Positions 49,016 through 61,196 of a stretch of 64,000 nucleotides of DNA are shown piece after piece. Source of the DNA: Malacoraja senta. Taxonomy: Eukaryota. Each line of letters begins with the position of its first letter. The stretch's first letter is position 1. The notes below the pieces were generated by a model, which was not told the DNA's origin, searched no databases, and saw nothing but the letters and a program-made list of their open reading frames with translations. A program made the position numbers and the translations under genes. Location of the stretch: NCBI GenBank assembly GCA_038087875.1, contig CM075988.1, positions 23,314,001 to 23,378,000 on the forward strand, written 5' to 3'.

Positions 49016-50455
49016 GTAAGGATTCTTATACAGGAGTGTTGTTAAAGTCCCGGGACAATGCACCGCAGAAATAAGTCATTCAGCCCATGATCTCTGCAAC
49101 AAAGTAATAGGGAATTGCAGATGCTGGTTTACCCCCCCAAAAAAGACACAAATGTCCCGGAGTAACTCAGCCGGTCAGGCAGCATCTCAGGAGAACATGT
49201 AATGGTGACGTTTCAGGACGGGACACTTCTTCAGACTGAAGAAGGATCATGTCATGGGTGGACAAAAATGCTGGAGAAGCTCAGCGGGTGAGGCAGCATC
49301 TATGGAGCGAAGGAAATAGGCAACGTTTTGGGTCGAGACCCTTCTTCAGACCCGAAACGTTGCCTATTTCCTTCGCTCCATAGATGCTGCCTCACCCGCT
49401 GAGTTTCTCCAGCATTTTTGTCTACCTTCGATTTTCCAGCATCTGCAGTTCCTTCTTAAATATCAAAAGTCATGGGAGCAGGAGTAGACCATTCGGCCCA
49501 TCGAGTCTACTCCCGACCCGAAACGTCACCTACCTATGTTCTCAATAACCCACCAAGTTACTCCAGCACTTTGTGTCTTGTTTTATATCTGCAAAGGCTT
49601 TGAACTAGAGAGGTGCTTGCTATCTTGTGATGGACCTGTACTTTTGTATCCCTTCAGATATTCATGCGGATCTCTTCTATTGGTTTTGCTTCAACTATTT
49701 TTGATTACAGGAGAAATGTTCCCGGGTTTTCTCTATGAAGACTTGTTAAATGTTAAATACAAAGCAGAGTTGTTAGAGGCAGAGTGTGGAGTGTCACTGT
49801 TCTTTCAAGCAGTGCAGTCCAGATCATAACTATATTCTGCCTCGAACGTTTATCATTTGTGTTTTCTCCTGTTCTTTTGCAAATACTTTGTCCTGTTTAG
49901 ATCAGTCGCTTCAAATGGATTGACTTCACAATTGCATTGATGTATTGAGGGTTTAGTTCAGTTTGTTAATTTATTTATTTATTTATTTCTTTATTTCAAA
50001 CAGAATAAATGAATAAAAAGCAAGCGTGAAACAGCATACAAAAAAACAAAACAAGAATATTTATAAAGTGTCATGAACAATATCTATAAATAAATGAAAT
50101 CGCATGTGTCCGAAAAGGAGCAGGAAGAAGCCGAAGCTTATTAATTCCCACCCCTTATTCAACTGCTTATAATTATCTTATACAAATTTAGCAGCTATAG
50201 TTTAGTTTAGATACGGCGCAGAAACAGGCCCTTCGGCCCACTGGGTTCGCACCGACCAGTGGTCCTCGCACACTAGTACCATCCTACACACACTAGGGAC
50301 AATTTACAATTTTACCAAGCCCAATTAGCCTACAAACCTGTGCATTTTTGGCGTGGAGAGCACTCGGAGAAAACCAATGCAGGTCACGGGGAGAACGTGC
50401 AAACTCCACACTGTTCTTCCCACCATCCCTCCTCCCATCCCCTATCATCTATTTA

Positions 50456-52067
50456 CAGTGGCTTGCAAAAGTATTCATACCCCTTGAACTTTTCCACATT
50501 TTGTCACGTTACAACCACAAACGTAAATGTATTTTATTGGGATTTTATGTGATAGACCAACACAAAGTGGCGCATAATTGTGAGGTGGAAGGAAAATGAT
50601 ACATGGTTTTCACATTTTATTATAAATAAAAAACTGAAAAGTGTCGCGTGCAAAAGTATTCAGCCCCCTTTACTCTGATACCCCTAAATAAAATCCAGTG
50701 CAACCAATTGCCTTCAGAAGTCACCTAATTAGTAAATAGAGTCCACTTGTGTGTAATCTAATCTCAGTATAAATACAGCTGTTCTGTGAAGACCTCAGAG
50801 GTTTGTTAGAGAACATTAGTGAACAAACAGCATCATGAAGCCCAAGGAACACACCAGACAGGTCAGGGATAAAGTTGTGGAGAAGTTTAAAGCAGGGTTA
50901 GGTTATAAACAAATATCCCAAGCTTTGAACATCTCACGGAGCACTGTTCAATCCATCATCCTAAAATGGAAAGAGTATGGCACAACTGCAAACCTACCAA
51001 GACATGGCCGTCCACCTAAACTGACAGGCCGGGCAAGGAGAGCATTGATCAGAGAAGCAGCCAAGAGGCCCATGGTAACTCTGGAGGAGCTGCAGAGATC
51101 CACAGCTCAGGTGGGATAATCTGTCCACATGACAACTATTAGTCGTGCACTCCACAAAACGGGCCTTTATGGATGAGTGGCAAGAAGAAAGCCATTGTTG
51201 AAAAAAAGCCATAAGAAGTACCGTTTGCAGTTTGCCACAATCCATGTGGGGGACACAGCAAACATGCGGAGGAAGGTGCTCTGGTCAGATGAGACCAAAA
51301 TTGAAGTTTTTGGCCTAAATGCAAAACGCTATGTGTGGCGGAAACCTAACACTGCACATCACCCTGAACACGCCATCCCCACTGTGAAACATGGTGGTGG
51401 CAGCATCATGCTGTGGGGATGCTTTTCTTCAGCAGGGACAGGGAAGCTGGTCAGAGTTGATGGGAAGATGGATGGAGCCAAATACAGGGCAATCTTGGAA
51501 GAAAACCTGTTAGAGTCTGCAAAAGACTTGAGACTGGGGCGGAGGTTCACCTTCCAGCAGGACAACGACCCTAAACATACAGCCAGAGCTACAATGGAAT
51601 GGTTTAGATCAAAGCATATTCATGTGTTAGAATGGCCAAAGTCCAGACCTAAATCCAATTGAGAATCTCTGGCAAGACTTGACAATTGCTGTTCACAGAT
51701 GCTCTCCATCCAATCTGACTGAGCTTGAGCTATTTTGCAAAGAAGAATGGGCAAAAATTTCAGTCTCAAGATGTGCAAAGCTGGTAGAGACATATCCCAA
51801 AAGACTTGCAGCTGTAATTGCAGCGAAAGGTGGTTCTACAAAGTATTGACTCAGGGGGGCTGAATACTTTTGCACGCGGCACTTTTCAGTTTTTTATTTG
51901 TAAAAAAATTTGAAAACCATGTATCATTTTCCTTCCACTTCACAATTATGCACCACTTTGTGTTGGTCTATCACATAAAATCCCAATAAAATACATTTAC
52001 GTTTGTGGTTGTAACGTGACAAAATGTGGAAAAGTTCAAGGGGTATGAAAACTTTTGCAAGCCACTG
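50456..52067 (+). mobile_element. Full-length Tc1-family DNA transposon of IR/DR type (1612 bp)
   Basis: TA|CAGTGGCTTGCAAAAG...CTTTTGCAAGCCACTG|TA; ~210-bp terminal inverted repeats with inner and outer GCAAAAGTATTCA direct repeats; TA target duplication. Confidence 0.97.
50835..51849 (+). pseudogene. Tc1 DD34E transposase pseudogene
   Basis: MKPKEH...GRPPKL, WSDETK, KHGGGSIMLWGCF, QQDNDPKH, SPDLNPIENLW, ...GGSTKY*; in-frame stops at ~51117 and ~51174 and a small deletion at WPSQSP (~51635). Confidence 0.95.
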
Positions 52068-52904
52068 TATATATCCCTTCCTCTGGCTTTACATTTCACC
52101 CCTCTCCTATCCTTATCTAAAACCCCTTTGTCTCCCTTTGTCACTTACTCCGCCCTTCCACCAATTCACCACCCCTACCTGTATCCACCTATCATTCACC
52201 AAGGTTTGGTTTCCCCCCCCCCCCCCTCCCCCACACCTTTCCATTCCATTTTTCTCCCTCCCACTCCAATCAATCTAAAGAAAGATTCTGACCCAAAACA
52301 AGAACAATCCCAGGAATGATTGTGTTGACAAATGATGAGCATTTGACGGCACTCGGCCCGTACACGCTGGAGTTTAGAGGGGGGACCTCATTGAAACTTA
52401 CCGAATAGTGAAAGGCCTGGATAGAGTGGATGTGGAGAGGATGTTGGGATTAGTGGGAGAGTCGAGGACCAAAGACCACAGCCTCAGAATAAAAGGAAGT
52501 ACCTTTAGAAAGCAGATGGGAAGGAATTTCTTTAGTCAGAGGGTGTTGAATCTGTGGAATTCATTGCCACAGACGGCTGTGGAGGCCAATGGATATTTTT
52601 TAGGCGAAGATTGACAGAATCTTGATTAGTACGCGTGTCAGGGGTTATGGGGCGAAGCCAGGAGAATGGTGTTGAGAGTGGAAGATAGATCAGCCATGAT
52701 TGAATGGCAGAGTAGACATGATGGGCTGAATGGCCTAATTCTGTTCCTAGAACTCTATGGACTTATCCATTCCCTCTAGAGATGCTGCCTGACCCGTGGA
52801 GTTATTCCAGCACTTTGTGTTTAGCTTCAGGTCCATGATCCTTTGTCAGACCAGTCTAGTTTAGCTTAGTTTAGAGATACAGCACAGAAACAGGCCCTTC
52901 AGCC

Positions 52905-53473
52905 TGTGAATGTAAATTTTGAATAAACGCTGTAAGATTGTTCTGTGAAGGTAAAATGGTTGACCAGGTGGACTGGATTGAAACATAAATTGTCTGCTGA
53001 CCAAAATTGCTGAAAATGTAGCTGCAGGGGTCAGGAGGTTGTGGTCAGGAGAAATTCACATTGTCCTGCTGTTACTGCATAATCGTGACTATGGTATTAA
53101 CTGTACCTGTCTGACTGAGATAGCAACTCTCAGAAGTCTAAGGAATATACAAACCGCTGCTCTTAGAAGTCTGAGGAATGTACCTGTCTTATCTCTAGTA
53201 TTGTTCCACTAAATAACACCTCCCAATATGTACTTGCCGGTGATCCTGACCTTCGCGTTCGTGTCTGTTGCTTTGTTTCAGTAATATGGGAGGCATAAAC
53301 TGTAGCCTTTAAGTATATAAGGCATTACAAATTACGGCATTGAGCTTGACTCTTTGCTAGGTTGTTAACCTGTGTGAAGACTCAGTGCTGAATAAACGTA
53401 CGTTTAAAGCAACCCCGGTGTCCGGTCGATTATTGTCGAAACAACCGATGTGAGAGAAAAACGTGAATCAACA
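52905..53473 (+). mobile_element. Solo LTR (ERV- or Gypsy-type), 569 bp, inserted in a SINE in MCAM intron 3
   Basis: TGT...ACA termini, 4-bp TSD AGCC (52901-04 and 53474-77), TATATAA at 53314, AATAAA at 53391; removing it restores a continuous SINE. Confidence 0.88.
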
Positions 53474-53935
53474 AGCCCACCGAGTCCGCACCGACCAGTG
53501 ATCCCCACACATTAACACTATCCTACACACACTGGGGACAATCTTTATTTTGAACTTATACCAAGTATACAAACCCAAGCCAATTAACCTACAACCCTGT
53601 ACGTCTTTGGAGTATGGGAGGAAACCGAAGATCTCGGAGAAAACCCACGCAGGTGATGGGGAGAACATGCAAACTCCGTACAGACAGCACCCGTAGTCGG
53701 GATCGAACCCGGATCTCTGGCGCTGTAAGCGCTGTAAGGCAGCAATGTTACCTACGCGCCACCGTGCCGCCCCAGTCTCAGATCTGAAACATTAACTCTG
53801 TTTCCACAGTTTTATTTCTGCCTTCCAACATTTGGAGTTTTTGTTTTTGATCTTCAAGACTAAATGTTGATGTTTGTGTGACTGCTTTAACGTGTCCTTG
53901 CCCCTCTCTCACTGACATCCTCTACTCTTCGACAG

Positions 53936-54006
53936 CTGCTCCGGACATTCCTGTGATCGAGAAAAATCCAGGGACCTTCTCGTTAACGGCGACAGAACCA
54001 AAGGAG
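53936..54006 (+). CDS. MCAM: MCAM/CD146-like exon 4
   Basis: ctcttcgacag|CT...GAG|gtaag; 71 nt, phase 1 to 0; AAPDIPVIEKNPGTFSLTATEPKE, similar to the KAPEEP...KEPEE linker exon of mammalian MCAM. Confidence 0.88.
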
Positions 54007-55426
54007 GTAAGAAAGGCTGCAGCGTACAGCGCTGCAACAGGCCCTTCAGCCCACAATGTTTGTGCTCAACATGAAGCCTGATCTCAACTCCATTTTCATG
54101 ACCACATCCTTCTATTCCCTGCACTTCCATGTGCCTATCTAAAAGCCTCTTACACTTCACTATCGTATCTGCCTCCACCACCACCCCTGGCAATGCGTTC
54201 CAGGCCCCCGGTACTCTGTGTGTTAAAAACCTGCCCCGCTCATCTCCATATAACGTTCCCCCTCTCACCTTATAGATACGCCCTCTCGTGTTGGACACTT
54301 CCACCCTGGGAAAAAGGTTCTGAATATCTACGCCGCTCATAATTGTTTACACATCTGTCAAGTCCCCCCCCCCCCCCAAACTCCGACGTTCCCAACAAAA
54401 CAATCCAAGTCTATCCAACCTCTCCCTGTAGTTGAAACCCTCTCATCCAGGCAGCATTCTGGTAAACCTCCTCTACACCCTCTCTAAACAGGCCCTTCAG
54501 CCCACCAGGGTGGTGAATCTGTAGGATTCATTGCCACAGATGGCTGTGGGGGCCGTCAATGGATATTGTTAAGACGGAGATTGACGGGTGTCAGAGGTTA
54601 AGGGGAGAAGGCAGGAGAATGGGGTTGAGAGGGAAAGATAGATCAGCCATGATTGAATGGCGGAGTAGACTTGATGGGCCGAATGGCCTAATTCTTCTCC
54701 TGGAACTTATGAACTAAACCTAAAGCAATATAATTTAAAGCAATAAAATCCAGGTGCCGTGAATTTTTTAGCAGATGAGCATAGTTTCAAAAATAAAAAA
54801 GGGCCAATGATTTTGCATGGGCCCTCTTCCAGTAATGCTCTATTTTAATTTTGCAACAAACCTATTTGCTTTAAAATATAACAGCAGTGTAAAGACGAAA
54901 GGATCATCCACCCATCTTACTGACAAGCTTTATTGCTTTGATCAGCTGTTGTTTTCCGGAGATTAATCCTTTACGCCCGTGTGCAAGCCCAGAAAATCAT
55001 TCCCATATTCACACAGAGTTAGTGATAGAAAGATAGAGAGAAGATGCAATTAAACTCTTTGAAAAACATCTGGAAGTTCCAGTCATTTACAGGCAATGAA
55101 GTCATTTTGTGAACGTGTTCAGTGTAGTTTAGAGATACAACGTGGAAACAGGCCCTTCGGCCCACCAATCCGTGCTGTCCACTGATCGCCGTACATTAAC
55201 ACTATCCTACACACGCAAGGGACATTTACAGTTTTACCCAAGCCAATTAGCCTACAAACCTGTACGTCTTTGGAGTGTGGGAGGAAACCGGAGCACCCGA
55301 AGAAAACCCACGCAGGTCGCAGGCAAAACGTACGAACTCCGTACCGGCAGCATCCGCAGTTTGGATCGAATCGGGGTCTCTGGCGCTGTAAGGCAGCAAC
55401 TCTACCGCTGCGCCACCGTGGCACCC

Positions 55427-55504
55427 TTCAGCGAAACGGTCGGCGAGTCTTCGTTTGGTCTCGCCGATGTACAAGAGCCCACATCGGGAACACCGGATGC
55501 AGTA
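55427..55504 (-). mobile_element. Penelope GIY-YIG endonuclease fragment
   Basis: YCIRCSRCGLLYIGETKRRLADRFAE. Confidence 0.85.
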
Positions 55505-55568
55505 GCATGTGGATGGTTTAGAATTATTTTTTTTTAGATTTGTCACGGAATATTTCTTTCTCTTTTAG

Positions 55569-55665
55569 ATTGCAAGTTGTGTCACCAGGAACGGCTACCC
55601 TGCCCCCAATGTCACCTGGTATAAAGACCGCACCCCACTTCAGCCTGACCCTCAGATACGCAACA
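55569..55665 (+). CDS. MCAM: MCAM/CD146-like exon 5, first half of Ig domain 2
   Basis: ttctctttta g|ATT...AACA|gtacgt; 97 nt, phase 0 to 1; IASCVTRNGYPAPNVTWYKDRTPLQPDPQIRN with the family motif CxxxNGYPxPxxxWYK. Not in the ORF track. Confidence 0.9.
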
Positions 55666-55881
55666 GTACGTAACATTTTATGCCACCATCCTATCTCCGC
55701 TACCTAATCCTGTTATCTCTGGCAAGTGCTACCTGAGAATACAGGGAGACTGCATCCTCTCTCCATGTAAGCTGCTTTTAATGACTGCACACAGTGCCGG
55801 CCTTGGGGGTCTGATACTAGAGACACGAGGACTAGGATATAAAAGCAAGGATATATTGCTGAGTCTTTATAACAGTTCTGT

Positions 55882-56223
55882 TCTTGGCTGATAAAGTAGA
55901 CCAATTCTCTAAAACATGGTCTCCTTTAACTGAATTTCATCATCAACAGAATGGTTGAACACAAGTGAGTGGGGGGAGGGGGGGGGACAACAGTGGGACA
56001 TATCTCCGGGTTTTTTTCTCTTCTTGTTCTTCTTCGGCAGTTCAGTTTTTAATTTTTTTTGTTGTATTTTTCTTCTTTTTCTTCATTCTTTTTTCTCTTT
56101 TTCTCGATTTATGTATCAATTTATAAAATGTTAAAAATGAAGCGGTACGAAAATTGTATAACTGTCATGCCGATCGCTTTATTCTTGTACAATTGCTGCT
56201 AATAAAATAAACATATAAAAAAG
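55882..56223 (+). mobile_element. L1-clade 3' end fragment
   Basis: ORF2-end-like DKVDQFSKTWSPL, T-rich 3' UTR, AATAAA plus A-rich tail, 11-bp TSD AACAGTTCTGT. Confidence 0.7.
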
Positions 56224-58663
56224 AACAGTTCTGTCCAGGGCCACACTAAACTGCAGAGTTGTAGATGTGGCCCAGCCCGACACACAGATTAGACTTCCCA
56301 CCATTGACTCCATCTACACTGATCGCTGCCTCAGGAAAGCAGCCAGCGTTGTCCAAAGACTTGCCCCACACTGATCATTCCTTCTTCCCTCTGCTACCCT
56401 CTGGCAGAAGATACAGAAGCTTGAAAGCGCGCACACCACCAGACCCAGGAACAGCTTCTTCCCCTCTATTATCAGGAGTCTGAACGGCCACATTTGGAGT
56501 ACTGTGAGCAGTTTTGGGCCCCATATCTGAGGAGGGATGTGCTGGAGCTGGAGCGAGTTTAGAGGAGGTTTACAAGAATGCTCCTGGGTATGGGATTGGG
56601 TTAACATATGAGGAGCGTTTGACGGCTCTGAGCCTTCCCTCAGTGGAGTTTTGAAGGATGAGGTGGGACCTCATTGAAACCTACCGAATGATGAAAGGGG
56701 CTAGGTACAGTGGGTGGATAGGATGTCTCCACTAGTGGGAGAGTCTAAAACCAGAGGGCATATCCTCGGAATAAAAGGACGTACATTTAGAATGGAGATG
56801 AAGAGGAATTTCTTTAGCCAGAGGGTGGTGAATCTGTGGAATTCATTGCCACAGACGGCTGTGGAGGCCACGTCATTGAGTATTTTCAAAGCGGAGATTG
56901 GCAGGTTCTTGATTAGTAAAAGGAGTCATAGGTTACAGGGAAAAGGCAGAAGAATGGGGTTGACTGAGAAAAATAGATCAGCCATGATTGAATGGTGGGG
57001 TAGACCCGATGGGCCGAATGGCCTACTCTGCTCCTGAGACTTATGAATGGGTTGAGTGGGAAAAATAGATCAGCCACAAAACAGATCGAATAGTGAAGTA
57101 GACTCGATGAGCCAATGGTCTAATTCTGCTCCTGTGTCTTATGGAAACAGAATCAGGGGTATACAGAGGGTTCCCATCCTACTGGACAGGTTTGGACCTG
57201 GCAATAGGGGTTCCAAGGTAAGTAGCACTGAAGCAGGAAGTGTGTGCTGGTTGTCTCCTCAGCGAGGGCATTGAGGCCAGAACCGACCAATGGATGGGAT
57301 CGAAGGCAGACCCAATCAGTGGCCTCGACCCGAAATGTCACCCATTCCTTCTCTCCAGAGATGTTGCCTGTCCCGCTGAGTTACTCCAGCATTTTGTGTG
57401 TCCATCTCCAGTCAACTCTTGGCAGCATAGATACATAGAAAATAGGTGCAGGAGTAGGCCATTCGGCCCTTCGAGCCTGCACCGCCATTCAATATGATCA
57501 TGGCTGATCATCCAACTCAGTATCCCGTACCTGCCCTCTCTCCATACCCCCTGACCCCTTTAGCCACAAGGGCCACATCTAACTCCCTCTTAAATATAGC
57601 CAATGAACTGGCCTCAACTACCCTCTGTGGCAGAGAGTTCCAGAGATTCACCACTCTCTGTGTGAACAAGTTTTTCCTCATCTCGGTCTTAAAGGATTTC
57701 CCCCTTATCCTTAAGCTGTGACCCCTTGTCCTGGACTTCCCCAACATCGGGAACAATCTTCCTGCATCTAGCCTGTCCAACCCCATAAGAATTTTGTACG
57801 TTTCTATAAGATCCCCTCTCAATCTCCTAAATTCTAGCAGTTGGGTTTCCTTTCACTTATGCCTAATGAATACTTCAAGAGTGGTTAATCGACCCACGTA
57901 GGTGAGGTATTCTTCACGATCAGGTTGCAAAGCCCAGCTCCGCTATTGGAAATGTAGAATTTTTCGTGTCCTTCACCGTCCAAAGTAGTTTAGGGTTATA
58001 CCTGCTGAAATGTGGTCACTGTTGCCGTGTAGGGAAGCAAAAAGCCAGTGGGTGAACAGCAAGTTCCCGACTGTACAACAGTGACTAGTAGGGGTGTCAG
58101 GGACGTAGGGGAGACGGCAGGAGAATGGGATTGAGAAGGAAAGTTAGATCAGCCACGATTGAATGGTGGGGTAGACTTGATGGGCCGAATGGCCTAATTT
58201 TGCTCCTGTTACTTATGAACGTACAGACTTATTTGTTTGTATTCAGCGTGCGACTGATTTTGTGTCATTAATGGTGCAAGTGAATGGGCACCAATCATTT
58301 CCCAGTGAGTTCAACCGTGAGAGAGTTGGTTTAATTTTTAGAGATACAGCGCAGAAACAGGCCCTTCAACCCACCAGGTCCACACCAACCAGCGATCCCC
58401 GCACACTAACACCATCCTACACACACTTTACAATCTTACCGAAGCCAATTAGCGTACAAACCTGCGCGTCTTTCGCGTGTGCGAGGGAACCGGAGCACCC
58501 GGGGAAAAAACCCACGCGGGTCACGGGGAGAATGTGCAAACTCCCTACAGTCAGCACCCGTAGTCAGGATCGAAGCCGGGTCTCTGGCACCGTAAGGCAG
58601 CAACTCTCCCGTGCCGCCAAATCTTGCCATCCGCTCTCTTTCTGATGATATATTTTCCTTTAG

Positions 58664-58846
58664 TAACTTTTCAGAAATTGCAGACCATTAAGGAAGCCAA
58701 CGGCCTTTACACCATAAAGAACATGCTGTCCTACCTACCGGTGAGACGGGACAAAGACGCCACGTTTTACTGTGAGGTGAGCTACAGGATGCCAGTAGGA
58801 ATAGACAAGATGAAGGAGTCGGAAAAGATCAACATCGCCATCAGCT
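58664..58846 (+). CDS. MCAM: MCAM/CD146-like exon 6, second half of Ig domain 2
   Basis: ttttcctttag|TA...AGCT|gtgagt; 183 nt, phase 1 to 1; TFQKLQTIKEANGLYTIKNMLSYLPVRRDKDATFYCEVSYRMPVG..KESEKINIAIS with GLYT and DKDAxFYCE motifs. Confidence 0.92.
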
Positions 58847-58962
58847 GTGAGTATTCCTCGTACACGTTGCAAAACAAACTTGGCTAATAAAGTATGATTC
58901 TGATTATTGATCAGCATCACAGAGAAAACTACAATCTGGAATGAGTTGTCAGTGGTGCTTTA

Positions 58963-59191
58963 AGGCCCTGTCCCACTTGGCCATTTTTTCGGTGACTGTT
59001 GGCATCATTGACTGACGTATCAGGGTCACCAAAAAATTTGCGGCGTGACAACATATTGACGCACGGTGTTTTTCCAAGTGTCGCAACATTTTTTTTTTGT
59101 CGACGCTGGATTTTGAAATGTTCAAAATCTTTTGGCGACCCTGATATGACGCCGGCAGTCGCCCAAACAATCGGCAGGTGGGACAGGCCCT
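58963..59191. mobile_element. Harbinger-like MITE, same subfamily as 42591-42816
   Basis: Same TIR and colinear interior (CATCATTGACTGACGTATCAGG, GCTGGATTTTGAAATGTTCAAAATC). Confidence 0.85.
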
Positions 59192-61074
59192 TAACTGTCA
59201 CAGATTAGTTTAGTTTAGTTTATTGTCACGTGTACCAAGGTACTGTGAAAAACTTTTGTTGCTGGCTAACCAGTCAGCAGAAAGACAATAGTGAAAGGCT
59301 TGGATAGAGTGGACGTGGAGAGGATGTTTCCACTAGAGGGCGAGGCTCGGACTAGAGGGCACAGCCTCAGAATTAAAGGACGTTCCTTTAGAAAGGAGTA
59401 GAGAAGGAATTTCGTTAGTCAGAGGGTGGTGAATCTGTGGAATTCTTTGCCACAGAAGGCTGTGGAGGCCAAGTCAATGTATATTTTTAAGGCAGAGATT
59501 GATAGATTCTTGATTAATACAGGTGTCAGGGGTTATGTGGAGAAGGGGGGCAGAATGGATTAGGAGGAAGGGATAGATCAGCGTAGACTTGACGGGCTGA
59601 ACGGCCTAATTCTACTCCTATTACTTATGGCCTTAATACATGATTACAATCGAGCCATTTATATGATAAGGGAATAATGTTTAGTGCAAGGTAAAGCCAG
59701 TAAAGTCCGATCAAAAATAGCCCAAGGGTCACCAATGAGATAGATAGTAGTTCAGGACTGAAGATAGACACAGAAAGCTGGAGTAACTCAGCGGGTCGGA
59801 CAGCATCTCTGGGAAAAAAAGAATAGGGTCATGTTTCGGGTCGAGACCAATCTTCAGACGTCTCGACCCGCTGAGTTACTCCAGCTTTTTGTGTCTATCT
59901 TCGGTTTAAACCAGCATCTGCAGTTCCTTCGTACACACATAGTTCAGGACTGCTCTCTAGTTGTAGTAGGATGATTTCAATAGACAATAGGTGCAGGAGC
60001 AGGCCATTTGGCCCTTCGAGCCAGCACCGCCATTCAATGTGATCATGGCTGATCATCCCCAATCAGTACCCCGTTCCTGCCTTCTCCCCATATCCCCTGA
60101 CTCCGCTATTTTTAAGAGCCCTATCTAGCTCTCTCTTGAAAGCATCCAGAGAACCTGCCTCCACCGCCCTCTGAGGCAGAGAATTCCACAGACTCACCAC
60201 TCTCTGTGAGAAAAAGTGTTTCGTTGCCTGATAGACTCACATGTGCAAAAACTCAGTGATTCTTTTTTATTGCATTCAGTAAAGTGTTGCCCCACCTAAG
60301 AACAATCCCCCATTAACAAAGTGTACAGAAATTGTCCACCAAGGCATTGGTTCCATTCCATAGTCCGGACAGTACTCTAGGTCTTATAGAGCAGTGCCCG
60401 ATGCAGGCGAGCCCCAGGCTGTTGCAGGGCCTCCAGCCTTTGGTCCACCTTTGTCCCCCGGGGGGTGGAAGCCTCCTCTCCGGTCTCCAGGGGACAAGCC
60501 GGGCTGGCTGGCTTCCCCCATGCAGGCCGCAGCCCGCTGTGTCCTTTGTTCACAGTGCCCAGACCCGCCTCGCAAAGCACTTGCCTTCTACGTAAGGACA
60601 CAAGGACACTATCGGAGTATGAATAAGAAACTCAGCTCCTCTTAAACACCTCCCATTCCTGTACGATGGTGTTCATTTGATCCTCAACACCAATTCCTCC
60701 TCTGTGCCTGATCCCCACACACCACGTCTTTGGAGTGTGGGAGGAAACCGGGGCTCCTGGAGAAAACCCACACAGTCACCAGGAGAATGTACAAGCTCCA
60801 CACAGACAGCACCCCTGTAGTCAGGACCGCACCCAGGTTTCTGGCGCTGTGAGGCAGCAACTCTACCGCTGCGCCGCCGTGCTGCCCCCCAAAGTAAAAG
60901 TCTAAAGAGTATAGCGCATTCAAAGCCACGTAAAGAAGCTAACATGCAAATATAGGCTGTATTTTTACCAGTGAGTTTATTTGTCACTGTGTTCCACTGC
61001 GGTGGGGAGTTCCTGCAGTGAGTCCGTGGTCCAGAACAAGTGCATAAACTGTGTTCTGTTTGCCCCATCGCCAG

Positions 61075-61196
61075 ATCCACCAGAGTACGCGGAATTTCTG
61101 TTTCACCCCAAGGTGTTGAAGGAGATGGACAACATGACCATGGAGTGCTATGCCGATGGGACATCCAGCGTTGAATACAGCTTCTTCAAAAGCGTG
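61075..61196 (+). CDS. MCAM: MCAM/CD146-like exon 7, first half of Ig domain 3; gene continues beyond the window
   Basis: ccccatcgccag|AT...GTG|gtgaga; 122 nt, phase 1 to 0; YPPEYAEFLFHPKVLKEMDNMTMECYADGTSSVEYSFFKSV, compare YPTE...LKEGD...CLADG. Confidence 0.88.

Noticed and set aside
55666..55675. Alternative donor GTAACA at 55670 for MCAM exon 5
   Set aside because: Gives phase 2, incompatible with the phase-1 acceptor at 58664
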